From positions 248,001-312,000 of the forward strand of contig BDGG01000013.1 of NCBI GenBank assembly GCA_001949185.1: 64,000 nt of DNA. Reading direction: 5' to 3'. This document shows, one piece after another, positions 13,230-25,472 of the stretch (position 1 is its first letter; every line of letters begins with the position of its first letter). The DNA is from Ramazzottius varieornatus (taxonomy: Eukaryota > Animalia > Tardigrada). A program made the position numbers and the translations under genes. Under the pieces are notes generated by a model, which saw only the letters and a list, made by a program, of their open reading frames with translations, was not told the origin of the DNA and ran no database searches.

Positions 13230-14200
13230 GCTTTTTCATCGTTCCTTACAACATCTTACAGAGCTTGGGGGTTACTACCTTATCTGATGCTTCATACGAC
13301 AACCTCACTAAGTCCTGCTTCGTATTCGGACATCTCACTCCGACATAATGCCACATGATATTTCAACCATTCTCGATGGGATTCATATCTGGAGATAACG
13401 GTGGCCACGGAAGAACGGACAATGTACTCTTCTTGAGGTAGGCTTGGACTAGCTTGCCCTTGTGTGACGGTGCGTTATTATGCATGCGAATGACTCGCTT
13501 CTTCTTTTTGCGGCGTTCTTTGATCTCGAAGATCTTCGGCATTACTTTCTTGGCAAGCAGCACCTAATAGCTGAGGCGGTTGATGGATCCGTCTACAATG
13601 AAGAACGAAAACGGTCCATCCCGAGTAATCGCTTCATGGCACGTAACGCTGAAGCGCCCAGGCGAGACTTTTCTTCGGAAGTCCGAGTCGTAGCGACTTT
13701 CCCTGAGAAAAAGCCTAATCTGAACATAACTAGATTTAGTAGCTGATACAGTAATCTTTTCTACATTTCTGCGCATGAAACATGACGCCTGTACTTACAG
13801 TATGCCGTCCATAGTCAAACTTGGCACTAGCTTCATCGCTCAAAACAACGTAGTTCAGGTAGTACTTGTCCTTCTCCAGCTTCTTCAGCATATCCAGAGC
13901 ACAAATTACGCGCATGGTCCGAAGGTGAAACGTCAATTGGTTTTTCACAGTAGTAACAAGCCTGGCCTGGTACTTCCGCAGACGACGTTGGACGGTACGC
14001 AAACTGATCTTGATTTCTTCTCCGGTACGAGCTTGTTCACATTCAGCCGCGACTTTTCCAAGTCTGCTGGCACGCCAGTTACGAGCTTCACGGTTGTGGC
14101 CAAGATGTTGCCTGGTGTCCTCAAAATGGTCCGAAGTCTTTCGTGAATTTCATTTCTTCTTTGCGAAGTCACCACTCAAACTTCGACGCTTCAGGAGATC
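13230..14200 (-). pseudogene. Tc1/mariner (IS630-Tc1, DDE_3) transposase remnant
   Basis: Frameshifted fragments VRTVQRRL, VVLSDEAS, HNNAPSHK and LPWPPLSPDMNPIEN. Confidence 0.85.
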
Positions 14201-14701
14201 AAACGGCCACGTTCGAGAATGTCCAAAGTAACGTCAAATTTTGCTCCTGCTGAGATTATTTTCTCGCACTCTCCTAACTGCTTTCACCACCACGTCATTC
14301 ACCCTGTACCCTCGACTCCTCCTAAATTCTATCGCAGAACACGATGACAAAGGTAGCAATAGATATCGCAGAAAAGATCACACGAAGACTCCCGGTATCA
14401 CAAAGGGAATTTTGTTGCGTCTTTTACTGCTCCAAACTGCCCCTCACGCGTCTACTAGACACCTTGCGTTTTGGGCAGAAGAATTTAACAAACGCTCACT
14501 AAGGATTTTTGAAAATCCTAGTTCAAAAATCCCTTCGCTGAAGCCTTTCAGAGGTTGCGGAATGCGCGGCCAAATGACCGACAAACGAGCTGTAAAGTTG
14601 ATATAAGAATTTAAGATTCAGCACACAACAAAGAAACTCGTGCCGTTATTCTGTTTCTGTTGCTCGTTTCGTATTCTAGAACTTGCTTTGTGTTTTTCGA
14701 T

Positions 14702-15878
14702 ATGGATAAGAAGTTACTTGTGATCATGTGTGAGGAAGGGGGCATCGACGAGGAAGAGCTGGTTATTCTGGGACGTTTGACAGACCAAGCCAAGATGCGA
14801 CCGGGAGATTTCGACCTCTACAAGCTGTCTCGCCAAGACTGCCTGGAAGACTTCCGCTTTTCCAGCCATCAACTTGAGATACTAAAGGAAGCTCTTGAGT
14901 TTCCGGATATTATGTATACCGACGCTCAGCATGTCAGTCCGGGAATGGAAGCCCTGTGTATTCTGCTAGGCGACTTGCTTACCCTAACCGTCTTTGTAAT
15001 TTGGAGGAATTGTTCGGAAGAAACCGCAGCATTTCATCTCGCTGCTTCAACCAGAGCCTAAAACACGTCCATGATAAATTCTGTTGGCGTCTGAGTACTC
15101 TCGTACTGCCTTCGATAAGCTCAAATACATTGAGTTTGTGGGCCGAGGCGGTCTCGCAGAAGGGTTCTCCGTACGACAGATGTGCGGGGTTTGTAGACGG
15201 GACCAACATTGAGATCTGTCGGTAAGCTACGAACAGCCTCTATTCTTGCTTTGAGATCCTATGTGAACCGTAACTGCGTCGCATAGGCCTCTGGACTATG
15301 CGACGCAGAATATTTGCTACACCGGGCATAAGAAAGAACATGGTTTGAAGTATACCGGAGTGATGGCACCTTGTGGCGTCATGTACCTGATGTGCGGTCC
15401 TGAACCAGGAAGCTTCCATGATGCCAAACTACTCTACAGAAGTGAAATTCTTAATATGATGAAAGAGAGCAGGACTTGGACAACCACTCCGGAAACCGGA
15501 TACCACCTGTACGGCGACCAGGCCTACAAGTCCACACCCCAAGTAGTCGGTCCTGTAAGGTACAATGCTTCTCCGTTAGAAACTGCTTGCAATGCGGCAA
15601 TGAAGACGCTTCGGATTTCCGTTGAATGGGGTTCTGGGAAGATCGGAAACCTGTCTGCCTTGAATAACTATCCGGAAGACTTAAAGCTGGGTCTCCAGCC
15701 TCTCGGAATGTACTTTCGAGTAGCCACTTTACTGACGAACTGTCACACTTGCCTGAATAGTTCACAAACATCCAACTACATTGCGGTAGAACCGCCGACA
15801 CTCGCGGAGTACTTGGAGAACTATCCCGAAGATCACATCGATAACTACAAACGAGGTAAGGCTGTAAAAGAGGCATGA
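14702..15878 (+). pseudogene. Harbinger (HARBI1-like, DDE_Tnp_4) transposase, one intron, one frameshift
   Basis: Motifs FRFS, LRRLAYP, GFVDGT, YTGHKKEHGLKY, YGDQAY, RISVEWG. GT-AG intron 15222-15286. Frameshift near 14968. Confidence 0.88.
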
Positions 15879-15879
15879 G

Positions 15880-16844
15880 ATCACTTCTTGCTCAACATTA
15901 CATCGCGCATCAAATCAAACTGTCTATCCCGCTCTTCTTTTTCCAGCTGGAATCGCTTTTCTCTCCCTTCCTTCTCTAGTTCGAACCGTCAAGCCTTGTC
16001 CGCGTCCTCCATCCGCAGTTTTTCCCGATCGAATTCAAGGAACTCTCGTCGGATGCTTCGTTCCGCGGCATTATCGAGCATAGTGTCTCGATGCATCTCC
16101 ATCTTCATATCTAGCTCCTTAAGCTGCTGTATCTTCTTACCTTCCAGATATTCATCGACTGGTTCTACTTTACGTTTTCTGAATGGTGCTGCTGGCTTCT
16201 TAGGGCTAGACTTCTTTGGGACTGACGAACTGGACTCGTTTCCACTGACCGTTTCTACATCTATAAACAGAATCAAAACGCTATTTACATGTGTAAGTTT
16301 GAAAGTCAATCAACGATAAGCCCAATCAATCAACACTCGCCGTTACCCGGTTCAACCCGCGCCCTCATAGTTATCAGAGCATCATTCTGAATGGCTTGTG
16401 TCAGCTGTTTATTTTGCCCCTCTTTCTCCTTCTCGGCATTCGCGTGTTTGCTGTGAAGTCTTCACATTCGATCAGGCTGTAGAGAAGGCTATCAGCTTCG
16501 GTTAGGTTCGACGAGCCCGCTCCAGTAACTTTCTTGTCAACCCCGACGCGGCGTGCCTTCATCAGAATTCTGACTCTTTACCTGCAACGGCAATCGTCGA
16601 AGATCTCCCCTTCGAACAGGGCTGTCACGTCCACCGCAATCAAACTCCAACTGTCCTTCCGCTTGTTCACGGTATAACGGAAAGGATTCTCCTTGTTGGT
16701 CAAGCGCAATAGCTCCAAGTCCATTTGCAGCTGACGGTCGACTGCTCTCTTTGCTGCGGCTTCTTTCTCTGACTTCTCGGCCTCTTTCTCAGCAGCAAGT
16801 CTCTTTGGCGGTCTTCCCCGTTTCTTCTTCACTTCCGTCGCCAT
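15880..16844 (-). pseudogene. Harbinger ORF2 DNA-binding partner (AT-hook, Myb/SANT-like, coiled coil)
   Basis: KKKRGRPPKR, DLELLRL..NPF..W..IA, and a charged coiled-coil tail. In-frame stops at ~16578 and ~15989. Confidence 0.7.
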
Positions 16845-17571
16845 TTTTGATCTAAGTAAGGGAAACCAGCACGCGATACCAGGTTTAAGAACGAAGAAAA
16901 GTTATAATGATTCAGAGAAATCTCAATGGCATAGATACAGTGCAGTTTGCTCAGTAGTAATCTGCCCACCAAGTTAAAAAAGGGCTGGCCAAGAAGCATT
17001 TTGATTGCCTGATTGACCGGAGTGGTAGCCCCGCATTGCCCGGACACGGATTACGCTCTTCAATGCTTTCTGCCAGCCAGAGTATTACTGAAGACAACTC
17101 GGGCAAGTTTCTAATCAACGGGTGATTTTCTTCGTGATTCACGAACGAAGTCCCCCTTCGTTTCGTGAATTGCGAAGCGAATTATTAATGTTGAATCTTT
17201 AAACATTTCTAAATGCAATCGTTTTGGCCCGACTGTCGTTTGTTCAAACCATCTGTGCAAAACGCAATGTGTCTATTGTCATGTTTCAAGCTAGTCGGGG
17301 AACTCCCTCTCACAGTCTCGGACATGCCTCGAAAGTCTCGGTTTTACGCCACGCTGAACCCCAGATCAGTTACTTCTTACGAACCAAAACTTGATTGATG
17401 CATTCAGAACTTGTGATGAACCTGATGACTTGATCAGTTCGTCCACCTGCTACAAGTCCGAATTTCACATGTTCCACTGTTTTAGTTTATGCGCAGATTC
17501 CACTATTTTCTCAACCTTTTAGATGGAGCTGAAGACCCAGTTTAGCTCTGTTCGAAGATCGACCGTATATA

Positions 17572-17829
17572 CAGTCCTGCCTGCGAGATGTGACAGTTCA
17601 AACGCCTGGTTTTAGTTCTGGACGGTTCGTATGTACACGAAGCTACGCGCCATTCTGTTTGCAAGAGAACAGTCAGCTGATCGGATGTCCGCTTGATTAC
17701 TTGATCACGTCAAGCTAGAACCGGGCGTCGATCAGCTGATCGTGCTGCGCAGTGTATGGCGAGCAAGCCCGTGGAAAATCGCTGTTTAATGGCAGAAGGA
17801 GCGATTGTCACATCTCGCAGGCAGGACTG
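17572..17829. mobile_element. Tc1/pogo-type MITE
   Basis: TA-flanked TIR CAGTCCTGCCTGCGAGATGTGACA, perfect over 24 bp. Confidence 0.88.
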
Positions 17830-18031
17830 TAACGGGAAAATCGACAGTAGTACTGCATGTCGAAAATAAGGAAATACAACCAAAACTGGGCAAAACCGAC
17901 GACAAATGATAAAGAAAATAGCAGATGAGTCTGGTTTCTGCATTTCTTACAGAGCCCGCAGACAAGCGGATACCACCCGAATCAAAATAGGCCAAGTTCT
18001 TCCGATTAACACGAGATAACGAAACTTATAG

Positions 18032-21000
18032 CTATTCAGATTCTTCTTCGGACTCCGGAGTAACTTTCCCATGTTTAACCCTCTGATGTTCTTCCAGCCT
18101 TTCCTGACTATTGTACTGTCGATGGCAGATACCACACACCACCGCATCCGCGTAGGACTTGGCTACCTTTTCCGAACGCTCCTTGAACCTGTACTGTCTG
18201 TCTGGATTGTGCAGTCGCTTCTGGTGAGCTTCGAACAGTGGCTTCTGCTTGAAGCGTCGTCCGCAGATCTCACAGGCGTAGTCAAAGGCATCATAGTGAA
18301 CCTTCTGATGCCTATCCAACGCACCTAAAAACAAATTCGAATCAAAATTTCCCACCTGAGACAGAAAACGAGACCCGTTTATCAAACGGGAGTTCGGCAA
18401 CCAAACTCAGTACGATTCTTTTCCAACTGGCGCGCGTTTGCAGTGTCATTGGCTGGAAGCGTGCGATACTAGGGAACCTCGATAGGACTGCTTTCCCAAG
18501 TGACAAGCATGTTTACGATGTTACTGTATTCCCCCGACATCTCCGCGAAGCCTGATACTCATGGCGCCCCCTACGAAACGTACTTGACGTACGGTGGAAG
18601 GGCAAGCATGTATGGATGACGTACGTCCTGTAGGTGGCGCCACGAGCAACGGGGTTCGCGAAGATATCGGCGGAATACAGTACTACCTGTACACGTGCGC
18701 CACTTGAAAAACGATCTTGTCACGTTTTTCGCCTAGGTCAGCCATTCAGTTTCGAGCAAAGAAGACAAATGAACGTACCATTATTCTTGAAGGGTTTCTG
18801 GCAGACATCACAGACGACCTTTGTGGTTTTGTGTTGCTGTTTCATGTGACGAATGAGAATGAGCCAGCTGGAAAAGACCTTGGGACAAAGCCGGCAAGGG
18901 AAGTTGCTGTCGACGCGGTGGGTCTCGCCATGAATGTTTAGGTTGAGGCCTCCTTTGAAGCTCTCGAGGCAGACTGGACACTCGAAGCCCTTCCTCATTC
19001 CATGTTGCTACAAAAGGAAAACTGTTCAGCAAGCATTCGAATAAGAATGAACAATCTTAAGAAAAACCTTTTAACCGGTAAAATGGTTCTTCAAGCAGTT
19101 CAAGTAGAAACCGGGGGCTCTGCCGTTCAGCGTAGCAGCTGAAAACATGGGTTCTATTACAAGGTTCCATACTAGAGAATTTATGGTTCTTCCACCTTTC
19201 TGCGGTTTCTCTTTCAAAATAAAGCAATAAGAAGAAAGGCAGATATCGTTAGGCTGGTACTTACGAAATTTTCATGAGACCTCATAGCCGCCGTCGTGAA
19301 GAAGGTCTTGTCACACTGGTTACACTTGACGGTCTTCTCGGCCTCGCCACTGTGGAGTCTTTGAACATGAGTGACCAAGTACTTTTCGCCGGCGAACTCC
19401 TTCCCACACGTCTCGCACTTCACGCCGCCAGTCCGACCTTTCCTGTCCTTGCGGTTGTGCTGTCGTTCATGGCTCTTGACGTGCTCCACTAAAGCATCCC
19501 AGTCGGGCAATTCGGACTCGCAGCCCGGGCAGCTCTTCGGTCCATCACCTACAGAATAAATGGAGGAATATAGGAATATCCTTCAACTTCGCACATGCAT
19601 ACACTCTAACAGTGACTCTATCGTACAATATTGTACGTATCTGTAAGGAAACAAGCTAAATCTGTCCAGTCAAGTGCCCGTATACATCGGCCCATTTAAC
19701 TATTGCGGGTCACGGTATGCAGGTACGTGAGAGAAACAATCGTCGCCTACCTGCAGACGTCCAACGCTTCTCTCCGAGCACATGGAACAGTACACAAGTA
19801 CGCAACGAGTCTTCCTAACCCTCCATTTAGTCTGATCCTAGCATAATATTCCTAACACAAAAACTCACCTCTGAATTCTTCCGGTACTTCGTTTCCATGT
19901 TTCGTTTCATGGATGGACAACAGCCCAGGTATGCGGAAGTGCGCGCTACAGTCCTGTTCGGGACACTTGTACCGATACCGCATGTTACTCGCGAGCAACT
20001 TGCTCGCCGTCGGTAACTTCTCCGCGCTCTCCAGCAGATGCTGCTTCTCCATGATCGGCTGCTTCGACCCTCCCCCTCTTGGCGTCCCCACAGGTATCTC
20101 CACCAACGCCCCAAAGAGGTCTACCTTATGAACCTTCACCGAAGCCCTCTTTTTCCGGTCCTTCGTCGGCGTTTCCTCCCCCGCTTCTACTACGGCTGCC
20201 GGAGGCAACGTCAAGTCTTTCGCTTTCGAAGGACGCGCCTCAAGCCTTCTTAAGTGCGGCCTACTTAAGATCCTTCGTTCTCGGGTTCGCCTGGGCATAA
20301 CTGGCTGAGGCTCGTCCGTCGATAAAAAATCACTCATTTGGAACTCATCAGCGGAAGTATTCGCTTCTGTGATTCTAACCACAGGTAGGTTCATTTCCCT
20401 GTCAATGGTTTGTGTGATAGCAAGCTGTAAAGCTTCGAATGGCTTCTCTTCCATGTTACCCAAGTCATGTTCGATGGAGTACCCAGGCTCGTTTCCGGTC
20501 TGAATATGCCTGATGGAGGATATCTGCTCTGGAAGTGAGTGGTTGAACTGCTGTAACTGAGCTAGCTGTGCTACTGCTTCTGCGATCTCTTTCTCGTCTG
20601 AGGAAGTTTGGTCTGGGTTGGGTTGGATACTGACAGTGGAAGTGAGGTTTCTGCGTGGTCGGCCTCGCTTTCGTGGAGGTTCACTTCTCTGTGTCGGAAT
20701 TATTTTTCCCTCCGTGCTTTTATCTGTCTCGTAAGTGGGAGAAAAACTTCCTTCCTCAAGCTCGTGATGTGCTGTGGGTGTAAAGGTGTCGGCTGAAGCC
20801 AGACTCTCCATGTCGACATCGATATCTTTCTCGAGGGGAATTTGTGTGATGTTGACAATTGGAATGATTGTTTGTCGGTTATTCGGCAACATTGTACCGA
20901 CATGAGTGTCGGGCGACACCATCCCGATCGCTTTTGCGTACTAAACATAACAAGTTGATTGAAAGATCATCTTCGGAATTGTTGGTTTCTTGGGCCGCTC

Positions 21001-21897
21001 GGTAAAACTGGTTTCCCAATTGACGCACGTGTTCGCTTGTAACGTGCGTCACTTAGCCGAGGTCCCAAATCTCTATAGTATTTTGATAACGAACTTTACC
21101 TGAAGGGAATATCCAACGATAAGTTCGTCTCCTTCCACGAGCGTCTTCAATGCCGTGAAGTACACATGTGCTCCGTGCTGGTAGGCCATCAGGTTGACTT
21201 TGCTTGGATCGTCGGAGAGTCGAACGTACATCATCCAGTTGCAGTGGGCGTCGGAAGTCAGCCGATAGTGCATCACCGTTGACCCAACGATTCGGTTTCC
21301 GTCGACGATTCCTCCTTCCACCACCAAACCAAAGTTAAAAGCTCGGGTGGAAGTTGCTTTCGCTTGAATCAAGGTGCCAACCAACGGTCCGAAGATCGTT
21401 TCACCAGGAATGGATGTCTTGGCGAAGACACCTTTGCCATGCTCGTAATCTGCAATAGCGAAAAAACCACAGTTCCAGTCGACTGCAGAAAGGGGCGTGG
21501 TTTGAGATGAGCAAGACGATATGCGCATGCACAGAACGAACGTGCGATTGGACGCAACGGGATAAATGACCGCATGACGTCACAGATGCTGGCGCACAGT
21601 AGACCAGTAGCACCATCACAGAGCACAATTCACTACGTACCGTCTACGCTTTCCTGCCCAACGTCCCGTAATTCCAGCTGTTCAGGAAGAGTAGCGATCG
21701 CCTTTGGCGGTAAGGCTCGATCGGCGATTGTAAGTCTGGAATGCGATACACAAGGTCCATCCTCGAAAAGAGAGCACTGGTCACATCCTGAAGACGAAAA
21801 CCAGTTTGAATAAATTTGGGTAATGGAAGACATTGCGATTACCGCCATGATAAGCTAGACTTTTCTCTCCTACTTGGTGGTCCTGAATGGTTGGCAT
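18032..21897 (-). CDS. PRDM-family protein (zinc knuckle, PR/SET domain, AT-hook, C2H2 fingers)
   Basis: Exons approx 21897-21843, 21787-21640, 21450-21100, 20941-19870, 19547-19260, 19007-18779, 18324-18032. CDQC..PC..H knuckle; FGPL.G and CNWMMYVR..NLMAYQ..YF..L.VGY PR domain; RKRGRPR; several CxxC..H..H fingers. Start codon uncertain. Confidence 0.85.
18388..18503. repeat. Intronic palindrome family A copy (PRDM intron)
   Basis: gggagttcggcaaccaaactc..ttccaactggcgcgc-gtttgcagtgtcattggctggaagc-gtgcgatactaggg. Confidence 0.75.
19590..19810. repeat. Intronic inverted-arm family B array (PRDM intron)
   Basis: Alternating acatgcatac / gtatgcaggtacgtg / tacctgcagac motifs about 30 nt apart. 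Confidence 0.6.
20992..21066. repeat. Intronic palindrome family A copy, shortened (PRDM intron)
   Basis: ctcggtaaaactggtttcccaattgacgcac..gtgcgtcacttagccgaggtccc. Confidence 0.7.
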
Positions 21898-22130
21898 CTG
21901 GCTCCAGCGAAGTATTTCCGTCTTGCTCCATCCTTGAAAATGCTCGCGATCGAATATACGCACAGAAAACGAACGTGAAGCTGAATGAAGCTTTGATAAT
22001 CGCAAAAACTTTATTAAACTTTCTACAGTACTACCGGAACTGACTAGAGACATGCAGCAGCCTGCCATGGTGCATGGCGATCCATAGGGTTGTCAGGAAT
22101 TTCGCTGTGAACAATCCAACAATCTGGCTA

Positions 22131-22781
22131 CTGTATTACCTCTAAGGTTTCGCGCAGTCACGTGACAGATCAGTGAATTACACCCGGGGCCCGCGATTCT
22201 AGAACCACCGGGAATATTCCGTGCGGACAAGCGACGGTCTGACGGGATGTCACAAGTCCCATGGAAGAATGGAAAGGAGCTAGTGTGGGACGTGACAGTT
22301 GTCGACACGCTGGCTCAGATGAACGTTGTCGATTCGTCGAGGAGAGCAGGATCGGCTGCGGAAGAAGCTGAAAAGAGGAAGAAGGCAAAGTATGTTGACA
22401 TCGGCCAGCAGTTCTCCTTTTATCCAGTCGGACTGGAGACCTTTGGACCGTGGGGACCTTCAGCAACAGAACTTTTTGAGACAGTTGGCAAAAAGATGCT
22501 TGAGATAACTGGCGAGGCTCGTTCTTTACAATTTTTTAAACAGCGCGTGTCTATTGACATTCAGCGTGTTTTTCTGTTATTTCAACTGTTAAAGATCAGA
22601 AAGGTCTTGGTGAGGTGTTTTTGGTTTTGGATGTTAAATACGGAAAATCTATACAGTAAGCTTTTGACGTGTTTTTCCTTGTTTAGATTTGTCTTTCTGC
22701 CTTTTGGAAACTGAATATTATCTTGAATAAAATATTTACTGGCCTGTCACGTGACTACGCGAAACCTTAGAGGTAATACAG
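22131..22781. mobile_element. TIR-bounded element enclosing a non-LTR retroelement fragment
   Basis: ~45-bp TIRs CTGTATTACCTCTAAGGTTTCGCG(C/T)AGTCACGTGACAG at both ends. Confidence 0.8.
22180..22732 (+). pseudogene. 3' fragment of an RLE-type (CRE-like) non-LTR retrotransposon, restriction-like endonuclease domain
   Basis: LEPPGIFRADKRRSDG..PWKNGKELVWDVTVVDTLA..EKRKKAKY..FYPVGLETFGPWG..QRVSIDIQR, followed by an AATAAA-containing tail. Confidence 0.75.
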
Positions 22782-23044
22782 TGCCTCTGCCGTGTACATC
22801 TGGACCATGATTGTTCCGCCGACCTGAACGACGTCATTGTCAGATAGCCCTCTTTATTCACCGGTGAAAAAAAAACAGGATGATATCTTCCAACTTCATG
22901 TTATCCTCTTGAAGATTCGGTACATCCCGTGACTCATGGCTGCCCATTCCGGTACGTTCGCTTCGTGGTGGCGAGGGAACAAGGAGAAGAAGGACGTCAA
23001 CACGACCTGTTTTCTGGGGATAATCACCGGTATCATCTCTCCGT

Positions 23045-23903
23045 CAGTGTCGTTCGAACGAACTCACGTTTCGCCGTAACGCTCGAATGACTCGTGCAGC
23101 GTTCGAAAGTATCACGAACCTGATTAAAAACCATCCGGTCTTCCACAATGATTCCGCACTCCAGCAAGTACATCCTGCAGAGCAACTTATGGTGCCGCTT
23201 GGTCGACTTGGCTTTGATGGTACAGCCAGTGTTGTTCCGATATGACTTTTTCAGTTTGAATTGCAATTATGATTAATAGGAATCCCTCGCGTAGCAGCGA
23301 TTTGAATTGCAGGTACCTCGACCTGACCGGATCATCAATTACGAATAATTCAAACTCAAACTCGTCGGATGGGTAAGCGTTTAGATTGAACCTCTGATAT
23401 TTCGCGAAGAATACGTTGGTCCTAAGGTATCCAGTACGGATGGCTGTCCTCAATACGGACTGTCATCAGGCCGAGCGAAGCGAGGCTCATTTAAGTCTGT
23501 CGAGATATCAACGGACGAGCTTTCACATATCGCAAACTCTGTACTGAAAACAAATGCGATACTTGATCCAGGGCAACAGAAATTTTTTACTCGCAATTGC
23601 AACGTAACGCAGTAGAAGTGTGTGGCCTATAATCTTTTGCCTCTTTTGCTCGGCCTTCCCAGTGGTCGGAACCACTATCTAGTGATCCACGAAGGAGCCA
23701 CGGCGCATCGCATAGGCATAAACCTGAACCCCAATGGAAAAACAGAACCCTAGCAAGGAACGCCGGCTGCTGGTCCGATTCAATTCCGATTGACATCAAA
23801 ATGACCAACTCAGAATTTGCAATTTGAATTGTTATATCGAAATTCCAAAACCGTCAAATTTGGCCATTTTCAGTTACGAATTACAATAACTGAAACAACA
23901 CTG
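23045..23903. mobile_element. Non-autonomous hAT element related to 61373-63572, carrying a Harbinger transposase fragment
   Basis: 8-bp TSD CTCTCCGT (23037-44 and 23904-11). Outer left end CAGTGTCGTT, inner true TIR CAGTGTTGTT at 23227, right end AACAACACTG. Subterminal sequence matches both ends of 61373-63572. Confidence 0.85.
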
Positions 23904-23915
23904 CTCTCCGTTGAG

Positions 23916-24483
23916 TAGCACTGGCGAAAATACGATGAAATTCGATACGATATTTTTCGATACAATATCGACGGACATTTTATTGCTGTCTTCGATATTT
24001 TTCCGTTACCGTATTTTCGATACATCGTATCATATCGCAGCGATATATCAATATTTCTGGAATATTAGTTTTTCGGAATTCCGCTGGTCTAAGCCCAAAA
24101 ACTCAAGAAGGCGATCTCTAGATAAAGGTACTAATGAGATCGAAAGCGTCGGATACAGTAAAGACGTAACTTCAACAAGACTTCAAACACATGAAAACCT
24201 GGACAGAATAAACACCAGAACCGAATGGGCGGAGTTTGCTCGGTACACCATGTCCGAAGTCTTTGAAATCAACCATCGTCTTCCGTAAACGAGATATCAC
24301 TGGCGAGTTTGCCATTCAGCGAAATACCGATATATCGATAATATATGGCGCGATACAATATCGCCGAATATTTTATTGCGTTATTCGATATGAGCTCCAC
24401 ATCGATATTCTGCCGCATATTTTATCGCAAAGATTCGATATATCTCGATACGGTATCGGTATACCGTATCGTTGCCAGCACTA
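23916..24483. mobile_element. Second, inverted copy of the 5414-6032 hAT MITE
   Basis: Near-colinear reverse complement of 5414-6032, ending GTTGCCAGCACTA. Confidence 0.9.
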
Positions 24484-24839
24484 GTGAACCCCATTTCACG
24501 GACTTGAGAAATGGCCTTTTTGAGGAATGGTCTTGTTTCTCACAGACTAAACTGATTTCGTTGAAACTATTTCTCGCCACACAAACCGTTGCAGAGAAAT
24601 GACATTCCCACTGGAGTTGAAAGATAGGAGCTATCGGTCAAGTCACGTGAGTGTTTTGGGATGAGAACTGAAAGCTACGGTTGGGAAGACCGACCATAGG
24701 TAGAGCTGTTGACGACACAGCATCTTTTTGGTCTCAAAAGAAACTCGTAGAATGCTAGGCCATTCGGGTAAGATCTGGTACGATGCGTAAAGTTGAGTTT
24801 GGTCTGATTGATATCGATCAGCAGATTTCTTACCAAGAC

Positions 24840-25351
24840 AAAGGTTGTAACTCCCAGGCCGAATGCCCTTGGAGTGGAAAATAGGAAAGGAATTCCTAGT
24901 ATTCCTATTTTCCTATTTCCTTCTCCAGAAGTTCCTCGCAAAAATCTAGAATTCCAGACTCCCATTTGCCAGTTTAGTTCTTTTTACATACCCATCTAAA
25001 ACAGTAAACATGATCTGAAGTCATCAAAAAATATTGGTTTTGAGACTGAAAGCCAGCTGGAGATTAGCCGATCCGAACTTTCGGTCTTGTCGGACCTGAC
25101 AGTCCAAGGGAAAACCAAGGACTGAAGAAAGCGCCGCATTCTTTAGTGCGACGGATCGAAAACGCTATTGGTCGTTCAACTGAACGTATAACTGAAAGTT
25201 TTTCGACAGGATCTACTGAACTGTTTACCGCGTGGTATTCCTAATTTTCTCCGATTTTTGCTAGTTTTCCAAATGGGAATTCCACCGTTCAAAACAGCTA
25301 CCCCTTGGAACGGAATTTGGAAAGGAATGGAATTAGGTATTTACAACCTTA
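24840..25351. mobile_element. hAT MITE with GGAA/TTCC subterminal repeats
   Basis: Perfect 8-bp TSD ACCAAGAC. TIR (A/T)AAGGTTGTAA. A related end fragment lies at ~56438-56555. Confidence 0.88.
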
Positions 25352-25472
25352 ACCAAGACGGGTCACGAACTCTCGCTTTGTTTTCGATACGGTATAGTCG
25401 TACAAACACGTACACTTCAGCCCATATATAGAGCCATATCGTCATAGGCCTTGTTCATTTAGTGGTAGGCTA

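Larger units (their letters stand above)
14614..17198. mobile_element. Full-length but disabled PIF/Harbinger transposon with two convergent genes
   Basis: TTA TSD at 14611-13 and 17199-201. TIR AGATTCAGCA / TGTTGAATCT. Confidence 0.9.
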
